The notes below the pieces were generated by a model. That model ran no database searches. It saw nothing but the letters and a program-made list of their open reading frames with translations, and had not been told where the DNA came from. A stretch of 64,000 nucleotides of DNA, taken from a virus. Its lineage: Duplodnaviria; Caudoviricetes. Location of the stretch: positions 39,363 to 103,362 of the IMG/VR virus record IMGVR_UViG_2795385840_000015. The stretch is one strand, 5' to 3'. Shown in pieces: positions 39,044 through 47,949 of this stretch; the first letter of the stretch is position 1, and every line of letters starts with the position of its first letter. The position numbers and the translations under genes are program-made.

Positions 39044-39370
39044 TTAGCGGGAACGTTCTGCTGGTGTTTGGGCGGTGCGCGGCGGGGGTGCTAGACCGCC
39101 ACTGCTGGGTGGCAAAGAGGGCGAAATAGTCGGCTTTGCAGCGGATCCGATCATCGGCATCGGCGCATCGTTGAATACCCGAACAGTCATCGTCGAAGGC
39201 CCCGGGGTAGGTAGCGGCTCTCGGCGGGCTTGCAGAACCCCGAGAGTGAAGGCGAGTGCTACTGACGACACTAAAATTGCGGTGGCAGCCGCAGCTAGTA
39301 CAAAACGGGAAAGCCCCGTAATCGATCTGTGGTGAAACATGGAATCTATCTCCTGGGATGTCAAGTCCAC
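39044..39370 (-). CDS. Small membrane-anchored protein
   Basis: One TM + Pro-rich tail. Confidence 0.5.
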   Translation of the reverse strand: MDLTSQEIDSMFHHRSITGLSRFVLAAAATAILVSSVALAFTLGVLQARREPLPTPGPSTMTVRVFNDAPMPMIGSAAKPTISPSLPPSSGGLAPPPRTAQTPAERSR

Positions 39371-39571
39371 GGCTAACCTCCAATTGCTGAATGCAGTGCA
39401 TGAAAATCATCTGTTACCCAGTGTGAGAGCAACTGTTTCAATCCGTCAATCCAGTCGCGTTTCAGAACCAAAAAATCGTTGTCTAGCTGCACATATGCCT
39501 GTCATGATGGAAGGTCTTATTGGCATTTCAGTGGGTCGATGAGCGACATGTTTGGTGTTCGATATCGGTAT

Positions 39572-39683
39572 GCATGAGTGCGGTACAGCGAATCATTTCG
39601 CGCATGAGTGCGGTACAGTTTTACCCAGGTGATATGTGTGTGCCGACCGTTGGTTCATGTATGTGTGACAGATGTTGGTTCAT
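39572..39683. repeat. Two pairs of direct repeats in divergent intergenic region
   Basis: GCATGAGTGCGGTACAG at 39572 and 39602; GTTGGTTCAT at 39649 and 39674. Confidence 0.8.
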
Positions 39684-39765
39684 ATGTGTGTAGACCATGT
39701 GTGTCGGCGCGGAGTGATCCAGCGACTGAATTGACGGACTTCAGCAAGCGCGTCACTGTAGATCT

Positions 39766-40704
39766 ATGACATCGATAGCAGGCTCCATTACCGGAGAGCT
39801 TCACGACCCTGGTAGCCCGTTGCGAAACTGGCTCTGCACGCATCTGCCGAATACAAAGAGGATTCAAAAAGAATTCCGCGAGTCGGTGGTAAATAAGTGT
39901 CTTGAGCCTCCGAAAGGCGCGCGTGTTGGCACGATAGGTACGGCATTCGACTATTTGGTTCGATTTACCGTCACGCCAGACGAACGCCCAGAGGCGGCGG
40001 CGCTCGGCGCAGCGTGGGCTCAAGTGCAAAGTGGCAAGAATGGTCCCGACTGGATGGATCGATTCGAAAGCATCGCGTCGCGTCTCAGTGAGATCGCCGA
40101 GTGTTTGTCGCGGAACGGCGGCGAAGATCAAGACATAATTGAGGAACTGATCCGGGGATGCTGGGCGCTAGCGCTTTTCACTGAGGTCGGTAGAGCCATC
40201 GATTTGCGTCAATCTCCACTATCGGCCAGCTCTGGGTGTGACGTTGAAACATGGTTCGGGTGCTCAGATTCTTTGAGAGCGGATGAGTTGAAAGACCTTG
40301 CAGCTCTGTACAACACCAGTAGGAACAACCTAATACCCTTCATTCGGGAGTGTGGTGGGCCCCACCGTGAGGACACCACCATGATGGGCCCGCTGGCGGG
40401 TGACGCCGATATCATGGCTGGGCCATGGACAATCGAAATCAAGGCCATTGTCGACAGACGAAAGCAAGACGGGACACCGCGATACGGGCTGGATTTACGG
40501 TTGTTATACCAGGTCGTTTGTTACGGCCTGCTCAGTCCGCCCGAGTATGGCATCCAGCATTTAGCACTCTACAACGCGCGGTACAACCATCTGTTCGAAT
40601 GGAAACTTGACGATGTGTTGTCAGAACTTGCAGGGCATCGCATCTGTGCTAGAGACGTTACGCCCCAACTAATTTCATTTCTGCATGAGAGGTACGACGA
40701 CTAA
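39766..40704 (+). CDS. PD-(D/E)XK (RecB-like) nuclease
   Basis: GDADI....IEIK and YQVVCY (QxxxY). Confidence 0.7.
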   Translation: MTSIAGSITGELHDPGSPLRNWLCTHLPNTKRIQKEFRESVVNKCLEPPKGARVGTIGTAFDYLVRFTVTPDERPEAAALGAAWAQVQSGKNGPDWMDRFESIASRLSEIAECLSRNGGEDQDIIEELIRGCWALALFTEVGRAIDLRQSPLSASSGCDVETWFGCSDSLRADELKDLAALYNTSRNNLIPFIRECGGPHREDTTMMGPLAGDADIMAGPWTIEIKAIVDRRKQDGTPRYGLDLRLLYQVVCYGLLSPPEYGIQHLALYNARYNHLFEWKLDDVLSELAGHRICARDVTPQLISFLHERYDD

Positions 40705-40735
40705 GCTGAGATGTCATTGGATGCCAGGGGCAGGA

Positions 40736-40888
40736 TTATTCGACTTCTTCAGTCTGAGTGCGCGACGTGGCGAGAACCTGAGCCTTAGCTTGCTTCTTGA
40801 GTTCTTCAACCTCACGGCGTATGGCCTCAAGCTCTTGTTGAGAGGCGTTGACGCGCTCGAAGATTTGCGGCGCTTGGCTTGATCTCAT
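40736..40888 (-). CDS. Small coiled-coil protein (50 aa)
   Basis: ATGA-coupled to 4TM gene; QQELEAIRREVEELKKQAK. Confidence 0.55.
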   Translation of the reverse strand: MRSSQAPQIFERVNASQQELEAIRREVEELKKQAKAQVLATSRTQTEEVE

Positions 40889-41436
40889 CGCGATGTGCCG
40901 TTCGCGCGCATAGGTTTGATGTCCACGTCGTCTGGGACATCTATCGCATCCTGACGGAGGCCAACGAACTGAATCAGAGTGGCCATTCCTGGAAGCAGAC
41001 TGGCTACAGCCCAGCAAGAGAGCAAGCCCACGAAGCCACCGAGGGTGGCGAGGACCGCGGCTGGAGCGGATGCAGGTATCGCCGACAAGGCAAGTAGCCC
41101 AAGCAAAGCGAATATCCCAATGACAGAGGTGAATAGAAAGGGCGTGAGGTAAGTGACTGGATCGCGGTTTATTGCTCGAAGCTTTCGCAAGAAAGACTGA
41201 TCCATAAATGCAGACTGTATGGCGACGCCAGCGATGACCGCGCCAATTACTACACCAACAACGCCAGCCGTCACGCTGACGACCCCGACAAGACGCTCGG
41301 GGTACTTGAGCCCGAGGATCACCCCGCCGGCGCAGCCAACCACGCCAATCAGAAGGTCGATCTGGAAGAGATCTCCTAGGGTCATGTGCCGTAGTGCATC
41401 CCACAAGTGGCGCATTACCCCTCTACCGCTGGTCAT
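40885..41436 (-). CDS. Four-TM membrane protein, putative defence effector
   Basis: Four hydrophobic segments; GAGGTG RBS. Confidence 0.8.
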   Translation of the reverse strand: MTSGRGVMRHLWDALRHMTLGDLFQIDLLIGVVGCAGGVILGLKYPERLVGVVSVTAGVVGVVIGAVIAGVAIQSAFMDQSFLRKLRAINRDPVTYLTPFLFTSVIGIFALLGLLALSAIPASAPAAVLATLGGFVGLLSCWAVASLLPGMATLIQFVGLRQDAIDVPDDVDIKPMRANGTSR

Positions 41437-41511
41437 CGTTTCACCTCGCATCGAAGACTACATGCACGGTATCGCTAGCCACTGACAACGACGAGGACCG
41501 ATCCAGGCGAA

Positions 41512-42429
41512 CTACTCATCGCCTAGGAGACTCGGTTGCTCGGGTGGCTCCTTGCTCGCGACGTACTCGCGTAGCGCCGCCAGAACGATGTCGATGCCGT
41601 GCTGGAGGTTCGCGCCGAAGTCGGGAACGCGACTTGCGTCGACGCTCTCCCTGGTGTTGAACACGACGTTGCCCACGCCATGGCGGCCGCGAGCCTCCAT
41701 TACTACGTCAAGGTCGCCCGTCTCGGTGCCCTCAAGCTTGTTCCGAAACTCCGGCGAGTTGATGTCCAAGACCCCGCGCGTTACCGCCTTGAACTCTTCG
41801 GTTTTCCGATTAGCAGCCAGGGCGCGCATCTGGCGGCGATCGTCGTCCAGGTCTTTCCCTGGGTTGCTGAACTTCAACGTGCGGCGCAGCCGGTGAACAA
41901 GCGGGTTTTGCCTTAACCACTTGTCAATTACCGCAGTAGAGGTCACAAGATCGACCTCCCAAGTAGTTGGCATCAGGCCGAGGGCTGAGACAGCCTCATT
42001 GAGGACAAGCTCGAAACCCTTACGTGAAACATGCGGAGTCAGGCGAGCTGTAGTCGCGAATGCCACCCATCGGTGCTTTGCCCGAAGGTCAACTGCGAAG
42101 GGCGCAATCGTGCGCTCATTCGCTGTATCTGAATCTTCTACTTCAGCTTTCATCCATGAGAAAGATTGATCATCGAAGGTCACGTGTAGTTGCTGTTCGG
42201 AAAATCCGAGGACACCGGTTAAGAAGTCTCCACCGGGGGTGATCGTCATATCGCCAGCGATCCACCGGCGAACAGGGTGTCCAACTGTGCTCCGTATGAC
42301 GTGCGAGGTTAGATGGCTCTCCGCAAGCGCGGCCATATCCTCGCTAAACTCTCGCATCTCTAGAGGTTCTTGGTCGGGATTACGTCGATTGATACGGCCG
42401 AAGACGATCTTGCGCGTGCGCTCTGCCAT
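41512..42429 (-). CDS. DUF4747-like soluble protein, putative defence sensor
   Basis: 305 aa; G.LG, PF..D, FSNP motif; GGAGG RBS; paired with 4TM gene. Confidence 0.55.
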   Translation of the reverse strand: MAERTRKIVFGRINRRNPDQEPLEMREFSEDMAALAESHLTSHVIRSTVGHPVRRWIAGDMTITPGGDFLTGVLGFSEQQLHVTFDDQSFSWMKAEVEDSDTANERTIAPFAVDLRAKHRWVAFATTARLTPHVSRKGFELVLNEAVSALGLMPTTWEVDLVTSTAVIDKWLRQNPLVHRLRRTLKFSNPGKDLDDDRRQMRALAANRKTEEFKAVTRGVLDINSPEFRNKLEGTETGDLDVVMEARGRHGVGNVVFNTRESVDASRVPDFGANLQHGIDIVLAALREYVASKEPPEQPSLLGDE

Positions 42430-42586
42430 TCGGATCCTCCCGTGTATCGCCCTGTGCAGCTAAACGAACAGTAGCCGACTATCAGGCTTTATTGAGGAAA
42501 CACAGCGTGATTGGACTGTCGCGTCGCCAGCAGGAGTAGCTCTGGCACTAGCGTCGGGTGCTCTATCTGTTTGATCAGACTGTAGG

Positions 42587-43702
42587 TCAAGGTAATTGAT
42601 GGGCGGCGAGCCAGAGGCGTAGAGCTTCATTTCCGATATCCTTCTTCTGTTTTCGCGTCAACCCCACACGATCGGCCTGCTGGCGAACCTCATCGACAAG
42701 CTCGGGCTCGACTGGCCAAGGCAGGTTTTGCGGGTTGCCCCGTTGAGCGCGAGTGGGCTTCTGCAGGAGCTCTTCTCGGGGAAACGACGTTACAAGCGAC
42801 AACATCTGCTCAGTGGATATCTCAATCCGATGGTCGCTTGTAAACCAGGTGAGGATGGAGTTGTCCGCGCTTGACGCGACGACACCATGCTTGTGAACGA
42901 CGTCGTTGCGGATGTTCCGGATATCGCCGAACAGTTGGTGGCTAATGTCGAATCTCGCCCAGGGTTTTCCGTCGACGTCGGCGCCGTGTGCGGTCGCCAA
43001 CCGGATTCGATATTGCTCTTCCCATAAGGCATACATGTAGGTAAACCACTGGCTGTAGAGTATGTATTGGACCTGCGGGTATTTGTCGAGAGTCTTGAAG
43101 CCCACGCCGAACAGGTATGTGGTCATCCCCGCATCGGTAGCCGCATGGACGTCGCGCATGTGGAGACGTCCGGGGCCGCCCTCCGCAACGAGGCTAAATC
43201 TTGCGATATCGAGGTAGTCGCCTTGATTGCCTCGCTCCCATTCAGAGAGTTTCTGGGCGATCGTGCCCTGACCAGTCAAGGTGACAGCGAGGGAAAGTAA
43301 ATAATCTCGTTCAAGTTCGTCGACGACTTGGGCGACTGTCTCGTCGTCTGGTGATATTAGCGCGATAGCTGACATAGCGGCTGTGATCAAAGGTACGGCG
43401 AGCGTGAGATCTTCACTGACTCGATTGGTCGTCCAAGGTTGGGGGCGATCTAGGAAGTTGCGAACCGAGTCAACGGCGGTGGCTAGGGCGGCGGTCAGCC
43501 GTGGGTCTTGTGTCGATGATTCGTTGTTGAATTTCCGAACTAAGTCGCCGGGCTGCAGCTGCCACATAGCTGCCTGTGTGCTCTTAGTGAAGCTGTTGGG
43601 TCGAACCGCGTTGCTCGTTTGGTGGCGTAGTGCGTCGAGGACGAAATGAACATCGCGCAACGAGCTTAGCCAACGTTCCTTTTGAACTCTCGAAATGGCC
43701 AC
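42587..43702 (-). CDS. Putative HEPN RNase with C-terminal RHH-like domain
   Basis: WEE..R..IRNIRNDVVH (Rx4H); C-term PELVDEVRQQA......IGNEALRLWL. Confidence 0.55.
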   Translation of the reverse strand: MAISRVQKERWLSSLRDVHFVLDALRHQTSNAVRPNSFTKSTQAAMWQLQPGDLVRKFNNESSTQDPRLTAALATAVDSVRNFLDRPQPWTTNRVSEDLTLAVPLITAAMSAIALISPDDETVAQVVDELERDYLLSLAVTLTGQGTIAQKLSEWERGNQGDYLDIARFSLVAEGGPGRLHMRDVHAATDAGMTTYLFGVGFKTLDKYPQVQYILYSQWFTYMYALWEEQYRIRLATAHGADVDGKPWARFDISHQLFGDIRNIRNDVVHKHGVVASSADNSILTWFTSDHRIEISTEQMLSLVTSFPREELLQKPTRAQRGNPQNLPWPVEPELVDEVRQQADRVGLTRKQKKDIGNEALRLWLAAHQLP

Positions 43703-43703
43703 G

Positions 43704-45248
43704 TCAGTACGGTAGCGGCGATCTCTGACAAATATGGGACGCTGACGCAAGTTGCGATGCAAAGGACGGACCGTCGTTGACTAATGCATATCCGCCAGCC
43801 AAACCTCCTTGACTGCAAACCATTCGGCGGCGGCGCACCCGGCGGTACTTCGTGTGGCCCGTAGCCACATCGAGTCGTGGAACCATGCGGTGCGCTGTCC
43901 GGGGCACTACGGCAGTTGGGAAGCGTTCTCCTATGGCTCCGTAGACGGCTTGCGAGCGCGACCAGCGGCGGATGATCCGGCGCGACGCAAGATATGTATC
44001 TACCGCAACCTCGGCGGTGGCAGTTATTTTGCGCAGTCCATAGACACCCCAGAACCGGCCGGGCCCGCGCCCGGGTTGCCGCCAGAGCGGCGGTACGACG
44101 TGCTGATATTCCTTGTTGCCATGACTATTTGGTGATGAGTGCTTGGTGAAGTAGATGGACAGGCGTTTGGGATCGGCCGCTCTCAGGCCAGCGAGGATGT
44201 CAATCCCTGTCCCCGCGAGGACATGCTGCGATTTCTGCTCAGCGTCAGGATGATCGACGATCCCAGCCCATGCTTTTGACAGCCAGTCGGCGAACGAAAG
44301 TCCCGACTTACCAGTAAAATTGGGTGGAGCCATCCACAAGTGGACGTGTGGAGCGCCACGGCGCTGAAACTCCATCTTCCAGATATAGCGAACCTGTTCG
44401 CCGTACTCGCGACGAAAACGTTTACGCCACAACGTCATGTGGCGCTTCACCGCCGCCCCGTCAGGGGCAACAGTCTCCCAGTCGCCGGGGTACGTAAGTG
44501 TCACCATCGCAGGAATGCGACCCGATTCGACCAGTGGCGTGTAGTCCAGCTCAGCGAATACCCGGCACATCATCGACCTGGACTTTCTTGACCAATGACT
44601 AATCACCCGTCCCGACCTTCCGATGGCGAGGTCGGCGCAGTCACGTCGCACGACAGCAGCCACAGCATCGGGATCTAGCCGAGAAGCGCGCGTCAACATC
44701 TCCTTCACCCGGCCGCACCAATCGGTCACGTCCAAGTCGTGTCGCTTGACAGCTCTCTCCGACGCCCTTTCGTGGCGCACTGGGTTCTTCCAACCCAATC
44801 GCACCACACCGGGACCGACTGTGATTTGGAACCGGCCGGATTCGTGCTCCACACCGAGCCTGTTGCGACCCTCGCCCCACGGGGCGGGCTTCTCAAACAT
44901 CGCGGCGGCAGAGGCCACCATCTCTGGGCGAGGGAACCGCAGGCCCAGGGCATCGGATGCTCTGAGTTCAGCGTAGTCGGACCTGCCGGTGACTTGGGTA
45001 CGGACATTTTTGGCACATATAACAAGCCCGGCGGCTGTGGCCGGGTTGGGGCCTGCGCCGCTCCCGCCGTCCGGCCGACCGCTGACGCTCTCGCGCCCTA
45101 CGGCCCTTCGGGCCTCGGGCGCTCGCGACCGGCCGACGTCCACGGCTTCGGCCGAGTCATCTCGTCTGCGCTGGCGAGGTTTCCTGATGCCGGAAGTCGT
45201 CTCCCGGTCAGGGTTGTCGAGGCTGACTGATGGTGCGATGCTGGGCAT
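43704..45248 (-). CDS. rep: HUH rolling-circle replication initiator (RepSA-like); true start probably ~44920
   Basis: Motif I VTLTYP, motif II EFQRRGAPHVH, motif III YFTK, GRFWG. Confidence 0.85.
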   Translation of the reverse strand: MPSIAPSVSLDNPDRETTSGIRKPRQRRRDDSAEAVDVGRSRAPEARRAVGRESVSGRPDGGSGAGPNPATAAGLVICAKNVRTQVTGRSDYAELRASDALGLRFPRPEMVASAAAMFEKPAPWGEGRNRLGVEHESGRFQITVGPGVVRLGWKNPVRHERASERAVKRHDLDVTDWCGRVKEMLTRASRLDPDAVAAVVRRDCADLAIGRSGRVISHWSRKSRSMMCRVFAELDYTPLVESGRIPAMVTLTYPGDWETVAPDGAAVKRHMTLWRKRFRREYGEQVRYIWKMEFQRRGAPHVHLWMAPPNFTGKSGLSFADWLSKAWAGIVDHPDAEQKSQHVLAGTGIDILAGLRAADPKRLSIYFTKHSSPNSHGNKEYQHVVPPLWRQPGRGPGRFWGVYGLRKITATAEVAVDTYLASRRIIRRWSRSQAVYGAIGERFPTAVVPRTAHRMVPRLDVATGHTKYRRVRRRRMVCSQGGLAGGYALVNDGPSFASQLASASHICQRSPLPY

Positions 45249-45333
45249 CGGAGTACCTGCTCCCTGGGACCCCGACGCAGATCACTGGAATGAGGAGCGT
45301 CGGGGTTTTCCCATGTCGGGAGTGCAGGAACTA

Positions 45334-45350
45334 TGTCCGGTTTATGTCCG
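45334..45350. promoter_or_regulatory. Putative integrase arm-type site
   Basis: TGTCCGGTTTATGTCCG. Confidence 0.65.
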
Positions 45351-45444
45351 ATCGTCAGACAGACTGAATGCGTCGGACCTGCTCAGTGCGCCGTATTTGA
45401 CGTACGAAAGCAGTTAAACCGCAGGTCAGTGGCCATTTTATCCA

Positions 45445-45490
45445 CCTGAAAAGCGGAAGGTCGCCGGTTCGATCCCGGCCCTGGCCACCA
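45445..45490 (+). repeat. att core, duplicate of tRNA-Phe 3' end
   Basis: CCTGAAAAGCGGAAGGTCGCCGGTTCGATCCCGGCCCTGGCCACCA. Confidence 0.95.
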
Positions 45491-45491
45491 T

Positions 45492-45518
45492 AAAACCACC
45501 TGATAGCGGGTGGTTTTC
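45492..45518 (+). terminator. Terminator, probably displaced from the tRNA operon
   Basis: AAAACCACC...GGTGGTTTT. Confidence 0.7.
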
Positions 45519-45882
45519 TCGTTTCTGGGGTGGGTGCTCGCAAGCGCGAATCTGGCCATCTGGCAGCTACGCGCCGATCGGGAAGTAAGGAACGGCTGAG
45601 GCTGTAACTCACGTGAGGCGCCACGCGTCGGTTTCCGAGGCCACTGAAACGCCAGCTCGGGCCGGATGCTTCGATTCCGGGGAAACCGCGTCGAGCTCGA
45701 GACGAATTGCGCGCTCCCCGAAAACGCTTCTCCTTGTGATCGGTAGCACGCGTCATGGGACAGTGTGGATAGAGAAGAGAAGGGACGTTACGCACCCCGC
45801 GGACGGCGGTGAGCACTGGTCGGGACGACACAGAACCGCACCACACTATGGCGATCCCTGACCTGACGGGAGGGGCGGACAC

Positions 45883-46716
45883 ATGCCGCAGCACAGCCCG
45901 GGGATGGCGACCCCCAGCGATCACTCAGTGATATGGGCGAGCGCGAGCGCATCGATGCCGACCACCCTCGATCGCTCTCACGACGTTCCGCGTCCGGAGT
46001 CGGTCGACGAGATTAGCCGATGGGCCGGCAGCGAGGATCTGCGGCGCACCGAGCTCGTGTACGCGCCCGTGTTCTGGGTGTTCCTTCCCCTCGCTGTCAT
46101 CGGTTTCCTGATCTACCAGATGATCACCGACCCGACGAGTGCTGGCTGGAGCATCGCGGCAAATGGTGCGAGCCGTGATACGTGGCTGGCTTGGGTGCCG
46201 TGGCTCGCATGGATCGGCGTCACCGTATGGCTGCTCATCGCCGTCGGGGTTCTGCTGCTGCGGCTCAGTGCGCTGAGGGATCTGCGTGTCGAGAACGCGT
46301 GGGTCTACGGGCACGGCGTCGCGCACTCGATCCATCGCGCCTGCATCGACTACGACGACGGTGAGGCTCGCTGGGCGACGTACATCGCCCTCGACCACCG
46401 CCTCGATGACGGACAGGCTGCGACGATTCACGCCGCGTTCGAGCTGTGGCTCTTTCAGGCAGGACTGCCGCCTTCGGGCTCCAAGCCGATCTCCTCGGAG
46501 ACGCTGTTCGGTCCGCAGGCCAAGGGTGGGTACTTCATCCTGCATCTCCCCGTCTCAACGATCGCCGGAGACACCACCGAGCACCAGTGGATGCTCATCA
46601 CCCAACCGCAAGAGGACGAGCGCGACGTGATCGTCACACCTGTGCCGGTACCGAAGAGACTCGCGAGGATCCGCCGCAGACTCCACCGGAAGACAGAACG
46701 ACGGAGTACGTCATGA
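45883..46716 (+). CDS. Two-TM membrane protein, paralogue family B
   Basis: ETLFGPQAKGGYFI; start may be 45955. Confidence 0.8.
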   Translation: MPQHSPGMATPSDHSVIWASASASMPTTLDRSHDVPRPESVDEISRWAGSEDLRRTELVYAPVFWVFLPLAVIGFLIYQMITDPTSAGWSIAANGASRDTWLAWVPWLAWIGVTVWLLIAVGVLLLRLSALRDLRVENAWVYGHGVAHSIHRACIDYDDGEARWATYIALDHRLDDGQAATIHAAFELWLFQAGLPPSGSKPISSETLFGPQAKGGYFILHLPVSTIAGDTTEHQWMLITQPQEDERDVIVTPVPVPKRLARIRRRLHRKTERRSTS

Positions 46717-47330
46717 GCAGCTTCCGGATTATCACGCTGCGAAGTGTGTTCGGGACCGATCAGCAGACCAGGCAGTGGATGGCGCGGGCACGGACTGTCG
46801 AGACCCGAACGGAGATCCGGCGCTGGGCGAGATGGGAGTCCGTCAGCTTCTGGTTGCTGCTGCTCGGCGGCATCTGCGTCTTCGCCGCCCCGGTTCTCGG
46901 TCTCACCTCAGGTATTTGGAGCGCGTTCGACGATCAGGCCCCGCCGTGGCTGTGGTTCCTGTTTGCTCCGCTCGGCGCCGCATTCATCCTGCTGCTCGCA
47001 GGTGCCTGGTCCGGGTCGTATGCGAGTGACCGGCGGTTGACGGCGCTCTACGCCGACGGACAGTCGACGGTCGGGCGTGTCGAGGAAGTCATCACCCACC
47101 CGGGCGGTGGGGACGAGCAGACCACCTACGAGTTGCTCATCGGCGCAGAGCTCCCCGACGGGACATTGTTGCGCCGCAGGCTCGACTGGGGCGAGGACAA
47201 CACCAGCTGGCCCATCCCCCGAAGATGGGTAGGCAGATCGATCCGGTTCCGCCACAACACCCTCGATCCCGACGATCTGCGGGACGTGCGCTTCGACGGC
47301 TGGCCGGACCGGAACGGGAGCCGGTCATGA
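46713..47330 (+). CDS. Two-TM + beta-domain protein, family A (DUF3592-like)
   Basis: RFRHNTLDPDDLRDVRFDGWPDR; ATGA coupling. Confidence 0.8.
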   Translation: MSSFRIITLRSVFGTDQQTRQWMARARTVETRTEIRRWARWESVSFWLLLLGGICVFAAPVLGLTSGIWSAFDDQAPPWLWFLFAPLGAAFILLLAGAWSGSYASDRRLTALYADGQSTVGRVEEVITHPGGGDEQTTYELLIGAELPDGTLLRRRLDWGEDNTSWPIPRRWVGRSIRFRHNTLDPDDLRDVRFDGWPDRNGSRS

Positions 47331-47947
47331 GCAGACTCCGGCTCTTCTCTCGGACGTGGGATCGGCCCACGAAGGACCAGCATGCCGAGCACTGGGCGAG
47401 CCTCGCGAAGACCCCGGAGACCCGCGCCCGGATCCGCCGCCTGTCTCGGATCGAAAACATCACCATCTGGCCCATGGTGGTCGGCGGCCTCCTGCTCCTG
47501 CTCATGCTCCCGGTGACCCTCGGGAGCATGATCTGGTTCTGGATCACACGCACCGTTTACCCCGAGATCCTGTTCTGGGGCTTCCCGATCGCGACCGGCG
47601 TCGTAGTGCTGGGGGCGATCCCGTATGGCATCGCCAGCTCTCTGCTGGGCAGGGCCCAGTACGCCGACGCGGACAGCGCGATCGGTGTCGTCGAGGGCGT
47701 GACGAGCTGGGAGGAGCGGGACGGCGAGGGCGACCTCATCACCGTCTACCGCGTCCGTGTGACCGCCTGGCCCTCCGACGAGCTCACGCTGCACCGGCAC
47801 CTCGACGGCGGCAGGAGCGATCACGGCGGCCCGGACGAGACCTGGATCGGGCGCAGGATCCGCATCCTGCACAACACGGTCGACCCCGACGATCTGTACG
47901 ACGTGCGCTTCGATGGCTGGCCGGACCGCGAGACGAAGGGGTGGTGA
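47327..47947 (+). CDS. Family A membrane protein
   Basis: ILHNTVDPDDLYDVRFDGWPDR; ATGA coupling. Confidence 0.8.
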   Translation: MSRLRLFSRTWDRPTKDQHAEHWASLAKTPETRARIRRLSRIENITIWPMVVGGLLLLLMLPVTLGSMIWFWITRTVYPEILFWGFPIATGVVVLGAIPYGIASSLLGRAQYADADSAIGVVEGVTSWEERDGEGDLITVYRVRVTAWPSDELTLHRHLDGGRSDHGGPDETWIGRRIRILHNTVDPDDLYDVRFDGWPDRETKGW

Positions 47948-47949
47948 CG

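Larger units (their letters stand above)
35710..45490. mobile_element. AICE-like integrative element (Int/Xis/FtsK/HUH Rep) in tRNA-Phe
   Basis: Perfect 46-bp direct repeat 35710-35755 = 45445-45490; integrase adjacent. Confidence 0.9.

Noticed and set aside
39572-39683. Direct repeats as a mini-CRISPR array
   Set aside because: Only two copies each, spacers of 13-15 bp, no cas genes
35710-45490. Element as a PICI or phage satellite
   Set aside because: No primase, terminase small subunit or capsid-redirecting genes; FtsK plus HUH Rep fit an AICE better, though hitchhiking is not excluded
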